DNA from: Psammoneis japonica
Taxonomy: Eukaryota
NCBI GenBank assembly: GCA_008632985.1
Contig: QPGO01000031.1
Span: 186,001-250,000 of the forward strand
DNA: 64,000 bases
Reading direction: 5' to 3'
Part shown: positions 1-11,061 of the stretch, one piece after another
Numbering within the stretch: position 1 is the stretch's first letter
Layout: each line of letters begins with the position of its first letter
Translations under genes and position numbers: made by a program
The notes under the pieces: generated by a model
What the model was told of the DNA's origin: nothing
What the model saw: only the letters and a program-made list of their open reading frames with translations
The model's database searches: none

Positions 1-3000
1 GTTCTAAAGGATGTGGTCAGACAAGAGCTCATCAGCACAATCTTTTGATGATTTCATGTGTGCACTTCTCATCCCCCCAAAAAGGTCCAGATCAAAAATT
101 GTTCTGCCACAATTGCCTCCCAGGAACTCCATGGCTTTGGGGACATGAGGGAATTTCTGAAAAACAACCTCAGTTGAAACAAGGGCATTGACAACAATCA
201 TTTTTTGCTTGGGAGTCACCATGGGGAGCGTGCCCAAAAATGTTGCTCCTGCAGTGTGCAGAAGGCCAGCGTTGTCCTGCAGCCGACAAAATGCTGCAGT
301 TTTGAAAAAAGCTGCAGGAACAGAAACTTGGGGCAAGCTTGGTGTCAGACCACAAACCAAATGAGCCAAGACAGGGCTCACAGTGCAGAAGAAAACATGA
401 CAAATCACAAGGCCACAGCCTGCACACCTCTGGCAAAGCTGCAAACAATGTGATGGCAGCTTTTTCTGTTGTCCTTTGCAGTGGGGCAAATGAGGAGCTC
501 AGGCTGCTGACATTTTGCACTCTTCTTTTCAAGTGCTCTTGCGGCTTGTCTTGTCTTTGATGACCTTGGTTGCAAGCTGCACTGTGCCTTTCTTTGGCAA
601 GTCTGTTGCATCACCAAAGAAGGGGCTTGTGTCTTGCCAAGCTGCCCCAGGAGAGTTGGTGGCCCAAGCAAGTGCAGCAGGCAGCTGTGGCAGCATGTGC
701 TGCTAGATTTTTCACATGTCTGTGTGCTGTGCCTGTGTGTGGAGCACTGACCATGCTGAAGCTTGCTTGGAAAGGGTGGCTCCAGCCAAGGGATCTTGCA
801 GCAGATGATGTTTGCCAGAGATTGTCACAAATGAGTTGTGTGCCACAGCTGCCTGTGCCAGCTCTTGATGCACACATGTTGTGTGTGATGATGAAAGCTT
901 TGTGTGCAAATTGTGACCATCCATGGTGCCTTGGGCATGGGTGCTGGTTGGTGATCTGTGCAAAAGCCTTGCTGCTGTTGCAGAACATTGGAGAGCTCAG
1001 CATGAGACAGATTTGCAATTTTTGCAAATGAATTTTTGTCACACACTTGTGCTTCTCACGCCATCTGCACCACAAGCTGCCCTCTTGTTGCTTGGCACAT
1101 GCGCATCCTTGAGGGGCACAGCTTGGCACCACTGGTGCTTGCCTCTCTTGTGTTTGTGGTGTGGTGCACAGGATCATCTTCCACATGCATTTGGAACATG
1201 TTGTTGCTCTTGTTCAAAATTGGAATCTGCTCAACAAGAAGTCTGTGTTGTTGTCAACAAATGCTTGTCAATTGTGAACAAAGTTTCTTTGATGATTTGG
1301 TCTTGCAATGCATGCATTCTTGACAAGATGATTTTTGCACATGTTTGCAACATGACAACAGTTGATGACATGCTGTCAACAATTGACAACAAAAGTGAGC
1401 CGGTAAATGACACTTGATGAATCTGGTTGACTCAATCGAAAAATTGCCCTTCTTGACAAATGCACATTGGCTCTTGACTGGTGCCCATGTGCAGCTGTTT
1501 GCTGAGATGTTTCATTTTTGTTGACACACCACATTGCTCCAAACCAATCTTGCTGATGGTTGCAGTTCATTGTGTGTGATCTGAAGGTGGTTGCAGTGCT
1601 TTTTGCAGTTGCTGTTGGCTCTGATGATGCCACTTTCTGTTGTGTGATGTTTGCTGCATGCTGTCTTTCCTTGTTGTTGTTGCTGCTGCATTGCTTTTGG
1701 CCTCTCCATTCTTCAAGCCAAAACATCTGATTTTCATTGCATCTTGGCACAGATGGCTGCTGTTTTGTTGTTGCATGTTGTGCCAAAAATCTTTCAGGGT
1801 TCAAATGCAGTCAATTCACTTGCTTGCTTTCTTTTGTTGATTGTGGCAGCAATCCTGGTCAGAAGAGAGCAAAGAAGTGGTCAGTTGTTGGGGGGCTGTG
1901 TTGTTTGGCAAGCTTTGTACAACACATTTTGCTGTTTTGACACACCTGTTTGCAACATTTCAGCACTTGCAAACATCCTTGGCTGTTTTTGCAAATTTTT
2001 CTGAGTTTCAACAAAGAAAGTTGTGGCACAAGTGCCACTTTGTTGTGGTGTTTGCTGGAAGCAGCCCACTCCCTTCTCATCTCTCACCTTTCCCATGGCT
2101 TTTCTTTGTTGTGTTTGGATCCCGGTGCATTGTTTGTGCATTCCAGCAATTTTGTCATTTTGTTTTTATTGTGCTTGGGTGCATCCTGTGTTTTGTGTTG
2201 TTTCACAAAGCAGGGATGTTCTTTTTTTGCCTTGTGGCCAAGCAAGTTGACCTGGGGATCATTGCCTGCATCATTTTGCAGGTGCCCATTTTTTTTTTAA
2301 TTTTTTGACCACATCTGCTTGCAAAGTTTTTCATGATTTGAGTTGACTGGAGCAAATCTTCTTGTCAGTCTTCATGTCATTTGACATGGGAACATTGGCT
2401 TGTTTGTCAGCTGCATGTTGAGCACAGTTCGAAGCTGATGTGGTGCATCTGTGTTGTGTTCTTGCCAAGAATGAAATTTTCACATTTTTGCCAGCCCGTG
2501 CAGTTTGTTTGTTTGTGTCTGCGAGAGTGCTTGTGTGAGAAGGATGCTGCTTCAGGCCATGGAGGTGGTTGTGTGGGTGTTCACGCAGGTGGTCAAGGAG
2601 TTGGTGTCCAGGAAAAGGCTGGCTGTCTTGTTGGGTGGCCACAGAGCTGGACATGTGCCTGCAGAGGGCCTGGCACAGGAGGTGGCTGCAACAATTTCTT
2701 TGACAGACACAAGGCAACATTTCAAGAGCTGTGGGTGAACAGTGCAAGGCCAATTCAGTGCAGTTGCAGCCCTGTGTTGCATCATCCATGCCAGTGAGAG
2801 ACTGACATTTCCCAACTCTCCCAGAGTTGTTGGACACCTGACAGAACCAGCGAGCCAAACAAGCACAGGCTGGGGGGCATTGTTGTGCTGGGTTTTTGGT
2901 GAACACAACCAACATGAAATGAATGAGAGTTGGAAGACAGACCACCTCCATCACAGACTTGTAGCTTGCTGTTTTCACCATGGTGAATCACGGTGAAATT

Positions 3001-5543
3001 CAGGAAAAATCAAGCAAAACACGAGCTGTTTGGCCAAATTCGAGCTAAAAAAGTGGCAACCAGCCACCCTCAAGGAAGCCAGTGTGTGTGCAACAAACAG
3101 GATCCCACTGGTGACTGCACAGCACTGCTGTCAGCATTCAAGCATCACATGCTCCTCATCACATCCACAGCATCAAACCCTTTTTTGAACAATGGGCTTC
3201 ATTGCCTGTTGACTGATGTCGCACCCTTCTCTCCCACATTTTTGCTTGTTTCCCCATGTGAGAAACAGAACATTGGCAGGACACACAGCTGGGTTGCATC
3301 AGTGTGTCTTGCTCAAGTTTGTCAAGACCATGTGCAACCAGCCGACCAACTTGCAGAGAAATGCTTTTTGCTGCCACCACCCATTTCAAAAGGATCGTCT
3401 TTTGGGGGTGCAGACCAAATTTTCTGTTGCCTCTTTCCACCCTGCCAACAAAAGACCAGCCAGATTTCTTCTTGCTGGGTTGAGCCATTTCATGAACAGA
3501 CACCTTTCTTTGCATTTGCACTTTGCTGCCCTGCTGAGTGTGCTCAAGAGAATGGTTCTGACGCTCAGTGCAAAGAGCCCTGCTGCATTTTGGGCATGTC
3601 AGTTTGTTGCACTTTCCCAGACCACTGCATGCTCTCCCACAAAGTGCTCAACACAAAGCCCCTGTGTTCTCTCATGCAGCCAATTGTAAAATGCATTTCT
3701 GGCATCTTCAGCATCCACACATTGCACTTGGAGCACTCAAAACTCTCTGGCTCTGTCGCTGTGAGTGTGTCACATCAAGGATGCTTGGTGTTGGCTGACA
3801 GCTGCAACAACAAAGAAAGGGCAAGGCATTTTTCCCTTCTGTGCCTGCTCACACCAAATGGACAAAATGCAGTTGGGCATGATGCACAGCGCTCAGCAAG
3901 ACTGTGTGGCATTGATTTTCAAATCATCACAGCTGCAGAGTGGTGGGCCTCTGAATGTCACACCTTCAGTGCTGTGGTGTGCTCATTTGTGGTTGGCTGC
4001 ATGGGTGTCAGGTTGCAAATGTCTGCTTGATGGACCAAACACATGCACCAGGTGATTGAGCCCAGCATTTTTCAAGCAAATGAATCTGCTCTGAGCAAGA
4101 TTGAACAGCATGAAAGCAAAACATTGCAGTTGTGAGGGGCCGGTTAAAACATCATCTGTGAAACTGAACAGCACAGCTGGCAATGCCAGATTTGTGACAC
4201 AAAAAGAAACAGCACATTTCAACACTCTTCAGAAATTTGTTGACAGCAAAAAGCTCAGTTGATTTTTGAGCAATTGGTGCAGCACTTGTGTGGACAACTT
4301 GGCTCCATGTGTGAAATTTTGCACTTGTCAGTTAGATTTGTTCCAATTGAGAATGGGAGCATGCTGCAGACATGAGGGAGAAAGTGATGTCACAAGACAA
4401 AAGCTGGCGGGAGGCAACAATTTCTGCAGTCTTCAACTCTTTTCAGCTGGCTGGTGCTGGATCACATGCTTTTGGCAATTGTCCAGCTGCATGGGTGGCT
4501 CTTTGCACAACCTGTGAGATTTGCGCTGGAACTTTTGCAGAATTTGATGAGGACACAGCTCCATTTTGACAAGGACAAGCGGAAATGCACAGTCCACTTT
4601 GGTGCACATTTGACAAGGATGCCTGAGGAGGAGTCCTTTTTGTTTCCTTCATTCCACTCAAATGCTCCCAATTTGGCATGCTGCACCACAAGAAATGGCC
4701 ACACACACCACACTTTGATGTGCATCTCACCACGGCACACATTGTGGGGCAGATGTGTTTTTCATGGGTGACCCCTTTTTCTGTTTTTGTTGCAAAGAGG
4801 TTGGTGCATTGGTTTGGTCTCCTGGGGTGCTTTGGTTGCTGCACATGCTGTGAACGGTTGTGTGCCTCAACTTGCAACTTGATTGTGGCATGGTGCGGGC
4901 AACATCTGAATGGTCGACAACATCCAACATTGCCGTGTTGAGTTCTTTTGATGTTTTTGTCATTTTTTGCCGGATGCCACAAACCGATGGAGGTGCTTGG
5001 GGCACAAAAATTGGGAAGGCGACTCAGCTCTGCCTCTAAAAAGTGCCCCAATGAGCACACCGTGACGCACGACCCCAGTGGATTGTCGCTGTGTGCATTG
5101 TTCCACCCATGTTTTCATTTTGCCTGTCATTTTCCAGTGCAAACATCTTTGACTGTTGAAGCTTGCAGTGGCCTTTCCAGGTCAACATGTTCTGCATTGC
5201 AGATGTCTTTTGATGCTGCTGTTTGTTGTTTTGGGGAAGTTTGTTTCTGAAACATTCAGTCCAGAGAGGAAATGGATGGAAAAATGTGGAGCCGGCTGAA
5301 GAAAAGTGATGAAATGTTTGGTGAGTGTGCCATTGTGTGTCGACTGTGGAGCCAGTCAGCTGCGGGTGCAAGCTTTTTTTGCATTTCCACAAGCAGCAAT
5401 GAAGCAGCAAACAATGCATCAAGACAGCTCATGGCGTGTTGCTGTTTTTTGGAGTGTTTGCCACAGCACCAATCGTTTGGGGGCCTCGCACATGCGTTGA
5501 ACGCAGTGCACACACTGCGACACATGTGCACCCAGCTCTCGCT

Positions 5544-5578
<35 letters not shown>

Positions 5579-5850
5579 TTTCCTCTTCTTTTTTTTTCTT
5601 CACAAACTCAGAGCCACCTGCGTGACCGGACATGTGCCACGCATTTTGGAAAACCACTCCCTGGCTGTGCCCAACATGTGAGTTGAGTGGAGGAGTCACC
5701 CAACCCAGGGTCACAATTCTCGTTCAACGTGGGCGAACATTTAAGGGAGAGAGCAGAATGGAGAGTGATCTGACTTTCTCGAGAAATCTGAAGAACAGCC
5801 GTTGTGACCAAACTTGTCCCAAACGACCTTTCTGCAATAATTGTGCACAA
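1..5850. other. TpA/CpG-depleted hypermutated island 1 (probable decayed repeat/TE or silenced DNA; element family not identifiable)
   Basis: Hand count: about 13 TpA in 1-5830; 2 TpA and 6 CpG in 1-1380; TG/CA very abundant. Abrupt return to normal composition near 5850 (8 TpA in 5881-5930). Six-frame ORFs are nearly Tyr-free and rich in Cys/His/Gln. Confidence 0.85.
5545..5600. repeat. (TCC)n/(TCT)n/poly-T polypyrimidine microsatellite
   Basis: ttcctcctcctcctcctcttcctcctcctcttccttttcctcttctttttttttctt. Confidence 0.9.
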
Positions 5851-6247
5851 CATTTATCAAAGTAGAACCCAAGGAGACACTACTAACTCTGTACTTTACG
5901 GCATAATCTCTACCGTACAGTACGAGGTGACAATGACTTACAGCAAATTCATTGTTTTTTAATGACCTTCAGCATAAATGAAACATAAGCGAAAGCCTTT
6001 CGAAAGTGCACAGGTCCGGATTTGTTAAGTAATGTGGTCATGGCTAGCGGTCATGGGGTGAACCACCCAAGATTCTCGTACTTTGCACTACCGTATGTTT
6101 TCTACCACCTTCTACTACGCGCCACTTCTTCGCGATCCGTAGGCCCTACTTACTGTACAGTAGCTTCATGATCTCACATACCTCGAGTCTAACAAAACAA
6201 GAAGTCAAGAAGAAATACAAGAAGTCAAGAAGAAAGTAGAGAAAAAG

Positions 6248-8510
6248 ATGAAATTCGTTTGCAAGGGATTGTCTCTCTTGCTTGCTTTTGCTCTTTGTGA
6301 GGCAACAGGTATGTACCGTCCAATGCTATACGACTGGTTTCAACGAGAAACACTCACGAATTTACTTTCCTACCCGGTGGTCTCCCGCAGACATTTCGGC
6401 CAAGTTTGGCCCGGAAGAAGCTACCTCTTCAAATGTAAGTAACAGGGCTGGACGAAACTATCGCGAAGATAATATGTTTTGGTAACTTTCTCACAATATG
6501 TACTCTGCCCTTTCGACTTTCTATATAAGAATGTGGTGATGAAGGAAGAAATGGATATCGAGGAAGACGCCTCCGACAGGATTCTATCTGTACGTGAATT
6601 CACACTGTATCAAGACTTTTTCATTGCCATTTTTGCTTTCTAACAGCTTCCATATTTTGCGAATGCATTTCTAGATTCCTTACCCTCCCAGGGGAGCGTG
6701 TTGCGAAGCAAACGCGAACCCACCACAATGTACAGTCATCCGTCAGAACAATTGCGAAGGCCGAGGAGGCTACTACATTGGAGATGGAACCAAATGCCGT
6801 GCCAACAATTGCCCAAAAGCATTTGGGGCCTGTTGTGACCCCGAACCAGACGGAGAATGCTTCCTCTCGAGGCCTGCGTTTTGCGCTTTGAAGAAGGGTG
6901 CGTCCACGATCTATTCCTACATACGCATTTTACTCACTTTGCTCATCTAACGCCTCTTTCTTCTGCAACTCTCAACTATTTAGGTTATTACGCGGGCATC
7001 AGTACTACGTGTGATGTTTGCAACAGTCAGCCGACCCCTAGTCCTACGCCGAGTCCTACTCCCATTTCTACAGGCCCTGGTGCATGTTGTGACTTGGAGG
7101 GCGGAAACTGCGAAGTTCTCAAGCCTAAGTACTGTAGGAAGGGAACCTTTCTGGGAGCAGTAAGTCGGGACTATTGCGTTACTTGATGTGGCTTGATATT
7201 GTCCAACTCAGCTAATCTCCTTCTGAATCTTCTATTTCGTTATAGGGTACATCCTGTGATCAAGCGACTTGTCCGGTGCGTGGTGCTTGCTGCAGGACTA
7301 ATGCGTACGGAGAGAAAAAGTGCACGAAAATCAAAAAGAAGTGGTGCATTTTGAACGGAGGTGAGTGCTATTTCATTCCCGCTATAACCCGATACGACTT
7401 ACTGGCGCTTTGCGACACTACGTGTTCTCACACTCTGCTTCTCTGTCCCTATTGCATGATGTTACAGGTGAGTTCAAGGGCTTTGGTGTCGATTGCACAC
7501 CCGGAATTTGCGATGACGGTTCGGCGCCAACGCCGAGTCCCACGCCAGTTCCAACTGGCGCATGCTGCTTGAAGTTCAGGTAGGTCTCGATCGGGTGGAT
7601 GAATAGCTAGTTCTACACCAATAAATGCTCTTACCACTGCGATTTGTATAATATGCGTCGTGACAACAGGAAACGTTGCCTCCGAGTCACGGAGGACTCG
7701 TGTGAAATCTTGAACGGAATATACCAGGGTGATGACACGGTAAGAATTGTTCAAATAATACAGATTTCGTGAGAATGATTTTGATTCTGACAGTCCTCTC
7801 GCCTCGGTTTTTGCTTTCTCTAGACCTGCAAACCCGGTCGCTGTACCTTGCGGGGTGCATGCTGCCTGCCTTCTGGGAAATGTCTCCCTAATCAGACAAG
7901 AAACAGGTGCATCAAAAAGCTCTATGGCAAATTCCAGGGCTTTGGAACACCCTGTGAAATCGATACGTGCCGTGCTAGTCCAACGCCTCCTCCCACACCA
8001 CCACCGGTTGTCAAAAGGGGTGCGTGCTGCTTGCCGTTTGGAGATAACATCTGCGAAATCCGCACAGCGTCGGACTGTGCTGATGAGGGTGGCGATTATC
8101 GAGGAGACGATACGTCGTGCAAAACTCAACGTTGTCCCAGGCGAGGGGCCTGCTGTCTTGACAATGGTGCCTGTGCCATGTCTAATGAAGGGAGCTGCGA
8201 GGTAGTAAGTGGAGTCTTTCAAGGTCGCGGTTCAAGTTGCAACGCCCCGGACTTTTCCTGTCCGAAACCCCCAACACCAAGTCCCACCCCGCGCCAGACG
8301 GACCCCGTCGCTCCTTATGGAGCCTGCTGTGACAAGTTTTACCAGTGCACTGAGACCTTCGAGGATATATGCGAGGCTGTGGATGGTAGAGGTAGAGGCG
8401 GTATATTCTTTGGTGACGGAAGTCGTTGCGTAAAGCCCAATGGCAAACCAGGGTGTCCTCGCCCATCTGAGCCAACCCCGAGTCCTACCTCTCTTCGTCC
8501 ACCCTACTAG
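6248..8510 (+). CDS. Secreted multi-exon Cys-rich protein with 9 'GACC' repeats and PTPSPT linkers
   Basis: Signal peptide MKFVCKGLSLLLAFALCEA; GT..AG introns (e.g. 6309-6390). Spliced exons give GACCEAN, GACCDPE, GACCDLE, GACCRTN, GACCLKF, GACCLPS, GACCLPF, GACCLDN, GACCDKF, each followed by C..C..G.(Y/F).G.(G/D)..C. Confidence 0.85.
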
Positions 8511-9491
8511 TTGGGTGTGACCTTTGAGGATGCTGATGGTTTATTTGTAGGATGTATGTTTAGCGAATCACCTGTGGCCTGAAGAAGACTGACGAAGAGT
8601 TGGAAAGTCGGTATTTGATTGCCGCAGGGCGTCTCAGTGTTGCCTAGTACCAGGCGTCCAAGCCGCCTTGAGGAAGAAGAATGTGGTCAATGGGGCTTGG
8701 AACAATACCGGTAGCAAAACAATAGTGTCCATGTTTTGTGTACAATGCGTTTTTTAGCTAGAACAGGAGTGCCATTGTTATGTTGCAAGCCGCAGTCCAT
8801 CATAGCTGTTGTGAAAGAAAGAGCTGTCCTTTTCGATACCCAATCGCAACAACGAGTTATTTCTCATGGGACCGGCTCGAGACGACCTGTGTGCTGGATC
8901 ACACATCTACAGTATGTGCTTCTTTTGTCTCGACAGGCTGCACAATCATAATTCGCACGTAACAAACTTCTTGCTCTAGAGTGCTGCAAACTGGAAACCA
9001 GCATTCGCAAAAGACGCCACTGAACAACTGATTTCTTGGAGGGGTATGATTTGCATCGCGAGCGTCTCGACGTAAATGGTGCGGTGTGCGAATGTTCACT
9101 AGGCCTGCCCGTCGAAGCATTAGCGGCGGCAGATACAGTACATTGCCCTCGCATTTCATCTACCGGTACGCAGGATTTGGGATTGAGCGTCATGGTCGGT
9201 TACCGGTTACCTCCCGTTGGCCCTTTTAGTGTGGGTTCAGACTGAATTTTGAATTTGTATTTATATTTATGTATTTATATCTAAATATTCCGTTGGAAAT
9301 ACCAATATATGTATGCAAACGAAAATAGCATTGAATTATCAAAAATCCGCTCAAATCCGAAATTCCGAGAGCACGAGAATCGAGAATTCCAGAATGAGAA
9401 TGAATCATTGCAAGCGATGACATGTTCCTTCGGCCGCGCAATGGAGGGACGGCATAAGCATCCAACATTGGTTGAGCACTGCTTGTACTCG

Positions 9492-10947
9492 ATGACGAAG
9501 GGACGTGTTCTAATTAATGTCGCTCTGGTTTCGTTGCTCCACTTCTCGGTCGGTGAATCGGCAAGCAACAACGCACCCTTTTGTCGCCGGTTAAATGCGG
9601 CATTCCATGCTCCGTTGGGACGACGAGCCGCGTTGGAGAAAGCAGTCGCTTCAGTATCGACTGGTTTGGTGAGCACGATTCTAATCCCACCATCTCAAGC
9701 TAACGCTGAGGAGAATGGTACGGTTGGAAGCTATGATACTCCTGCTCCGATCGACTTGCCATTCACAGCTTACAGTATCAAGCCAGACTCATCAGCTTCT
9801 CTGAATCCCAGTCTGCGTGCAATTGAGGTATGTACTCTGAAAAGACCGAAACCTTTGCTTCCAATATGGATCATGGCTTCTTAAATTTTTTTAATCTGTT
9901 CCGGTAGAATAAGAAGCTGATTCACTCACTCGCCACAACAAAAGGCGGAACTCTGTGGCTTGGGGAACATCACAATTCGGAAAAGGACCACCAACTTCAA
10001 TCCGAGTTCATTCGAATGATCCATGCCGAGCGTGCCAAACGATCTTCAGGTCCCATGGCGATTGGTCTGGAACAAGTTCAAGTTCAATTTCAGGATGCTC
10101 TGGACGATTTCGTTGCCGGGAGGGCGTCTCACGACGACCTCAAGAGGCGAGTAGAATGGGAATCTCGATGGGTGTGGCCGTTTGAAGTCTATGTTCCGGT
10201 ATTCAATCTCGCAAGGGAATTAAATATACGATTGATTGCGCTAAACGTAGACTCGGAAGACCTTTCTAAAGTGGAAAAGTACGGATATGAAGGCTTGCCA
10301 AAACCACTTCTCCAAAAGTACATTACAGATCCGTAAGTTGGCCACGTCTGCGTTCCGCCATGCTGTTCCACTACTTACATAATATCTTTTCTTGGTCTCC
10401 TTTGCCACACAGCGCTGGGTTTGCAAGTTTCGCCAAGCCAAAAGAGTACAGCGCATATGTGAATTATGTCATTCGACCGTCCTACGATCTCCACCGCGCA
10501 ATGGGTCTGTTGAAAAACACAATGTCTGGAGAAAAGCTCGACCAAGAAATGTCGTTTCGTAATTTCTTTAGTGGCCGTATCTTGTGGGATGAAGCCATGG
10601 CATCCGCTGCCTGTAAATGGACACGAGAAAACCCGGGTGGGCTCTTGGTGGGATTGGTTGGAGCAGATCACGTCAAGTTTAAGAATGGGATTCCTGGTCG
10701 ATATTCTCGTTTGGTGGCTGGATCTCGTGATTGCACTTCCGTCATTCTCAATCCAACCTTGATTGATAGTAGACCAGCAGGGACAGTGATGAATATGGTT
10801 GGCTCAGACTCGTCCCAGTACCCGGACAAAATAACCTTGCAGCTCCGGTATCTGAAGGAGGGCGTGGACGAGTCCTCGGAAGGTGCAAGATCGCCTTCGA
10901 ACACCGGCGGAGTCCTTCCACTCGCAGACTACGTCGTAATAAGCTAG
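9492..10947 (+). CDS. ChaN-like / DUF399 haem-binding uptake family protein (2 introns)
   Basis: Motifs LWLGEHHNSEKDH, AIGLEQVQ..FQDALDDF, W.WPFEVY.PVF, ILWDEAMA, GLVGADHVKF..GIP; N-terminal hydrophobic signal; introns near 9828-9907 and 10333-10412. Confidence 0.75.
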
Positions 10948-11061
10948 CGACCAGCTTCAGAGTATGAAATTCTCTACTAATATTTTCTTAGTGCTTTGTA
11001 GCCGCGCCTTCGCCTCATCCGTTGCATTGTATCTATCATGGCTTTGAACACCACTAGCTAG

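Noticed and set aside
5256..5714. Poly-Glu protein
   Set aside because: It is the translation of a TCC/TCT microsatellite.
1..5850. Naming a specific transposon family for the islands
   Set aside because: No RT, integrase, transposase, recombinase or Rep/helicase motif, and no convincing LTR, TIR or TSD could be recognised by eye.
1..5850. Classical fungal RIP as the explanation
   Set aside because: RIP raises TpA and lowers CpA/TpG; the islands show the opposite.
4..5865. Dozens of overlapping ORFs in island 1 (and in islands 2-4) as real genes
   Set aside because: They arise from loss of TAA/TAG, occur in all six frames, nearly lack Tyr and show no recognisable domains.
7449..8222. Minus-strand 257-aa ORF
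   Set aside because: Antisense shadow of the GACC-repeat gene; the same applies to 29013-29663, 50548-51372 and 53435-54238.
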